Source: an uncultured Anaerolineae bacterium
GTDB taxonomy: Bacteria; Chloroflexota; Anaerolineae; Aggregatilineales; J027
Length of the DNA: 56,688 nt
Direction: 5' to 3'
NCBI GenBank assembly: GCA_964557285.1
Contig: CAZKZS010000002.1
Location: 1-56,688, forward strand
Part shown: in pieces, positions 56,395 to 56,688 of the stretch
Numbering within the stretch: position 1 is the first letter of the stretch
Layout of the letters: each line of letters opens with the position of its first letter
Position numbers and translations under genes: made by a program
Notes under the pieces: model-generated
What the model was told of the DNA's origin: nothing
Databases searched by the model: none
What the model saw: the letters and a program-made list of their open reading frames with translations, nothing else

Positions 56395-56688
56395 TTATTT
56401 CGGTGGACGGTGCTGCGCGGCCCGGCGCAAAGCGTCAATGGCTTCCGGGGAGAGGGTGGCGAGTTCCGGCGGCGAGGCGATGACTTTAGCGCGGTCGTCG
56501 ACGGCGTGGTTCACGGTGTCGCGGAAATAGTCGGCGGGCGTTTTCGGCGGCTCTTTGGCGAGCGCCGAGGCCGCCGCTGCCGCGTCCTCCCAGGACAGCC
56601 CCAGCACGACGACACCGATCACGGCGCCGGCCAGAAAGACGATTTCCTGGCGGAAGGCCGCGAGATCGGGCACCTGAAGCAGCAGCAC
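56395..56688 (-). CDS. Small membrane protein, C-terminal part (continues beyond the right edge; probably the same gene as 1..100)
   Basis: Open to the window end. TM segment IVFLAGAVIGVVVLGL. TAA at 56395-56397. Confidence 0.45.
   Translation of the reverse strand: MLLLQVPDLAAFRQEIVFLAGAVIGVVVLGLSWEDAAAAASALAKEPPKTPADYFRDTVNHAVDDRAKVIASPPELATLSPEAIDALRRAAQHRPPK

Overview
The window reads as a complete or nearly complete high-G+C siphovirus-type phage or episomal prophage genome of about 56.7 kb. The truncated ORFs at the two window edges fit together in frame, which suggests a circular or permuted assembly.

Layout:
- Minus strand 14830->87: HK97-type head-tail module. It holds the prohead protease, major capsid, connectors, major tail protein, G/GT chaperone with a -1 frameshift, a 1030-aa tape measure, Dit/Tal and three tandem fibre paralogs.
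- Across the window junction: a holin-like gene, an SH3 protein and a large lysis-module protein (56688->54337).
- Minus strand 26966->20560: packaging block. It starts with a promoter plus a tRNA-like gene, then a Dam-like protein, a ParB-like nuclease-domain protein, TerS, TerL and a portal-MuF fusion.
- Plus strand 15020-20480: an accessory island that separates packaging from the capsid genes. It encodes ASCH, RNase HI, XRE, Zn-ribbon and DEDDh exonuclease proteins.
- Plus strand 27181-51928: early/replication operons. They encode small acidic proteins, DUF3560, a second ParB-like protein, DUF488, an initiator with embedded iterons, a DnaC-like loader, ParM/ParR-like partition genes, a Pol-beta-like NTase, a DUF559 endonuclease and a PAPS-reductase-like PP-loop protein.
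- 51.96-54.3 kb: a low-G+C two-gene moron.

No integrase, reverse transcriptase or CRISPR array was recognised.

The most striking non-coding structures are:
- about 9 sigma70-like promoters with an embedded TACAC-N4-GTGTA operator;
- a 15-bp palindrome, TCCGAAC-N-GTTCGGA, scattered at 8 sites.

All functional calls come from motif recognition by eye. No database search was run.
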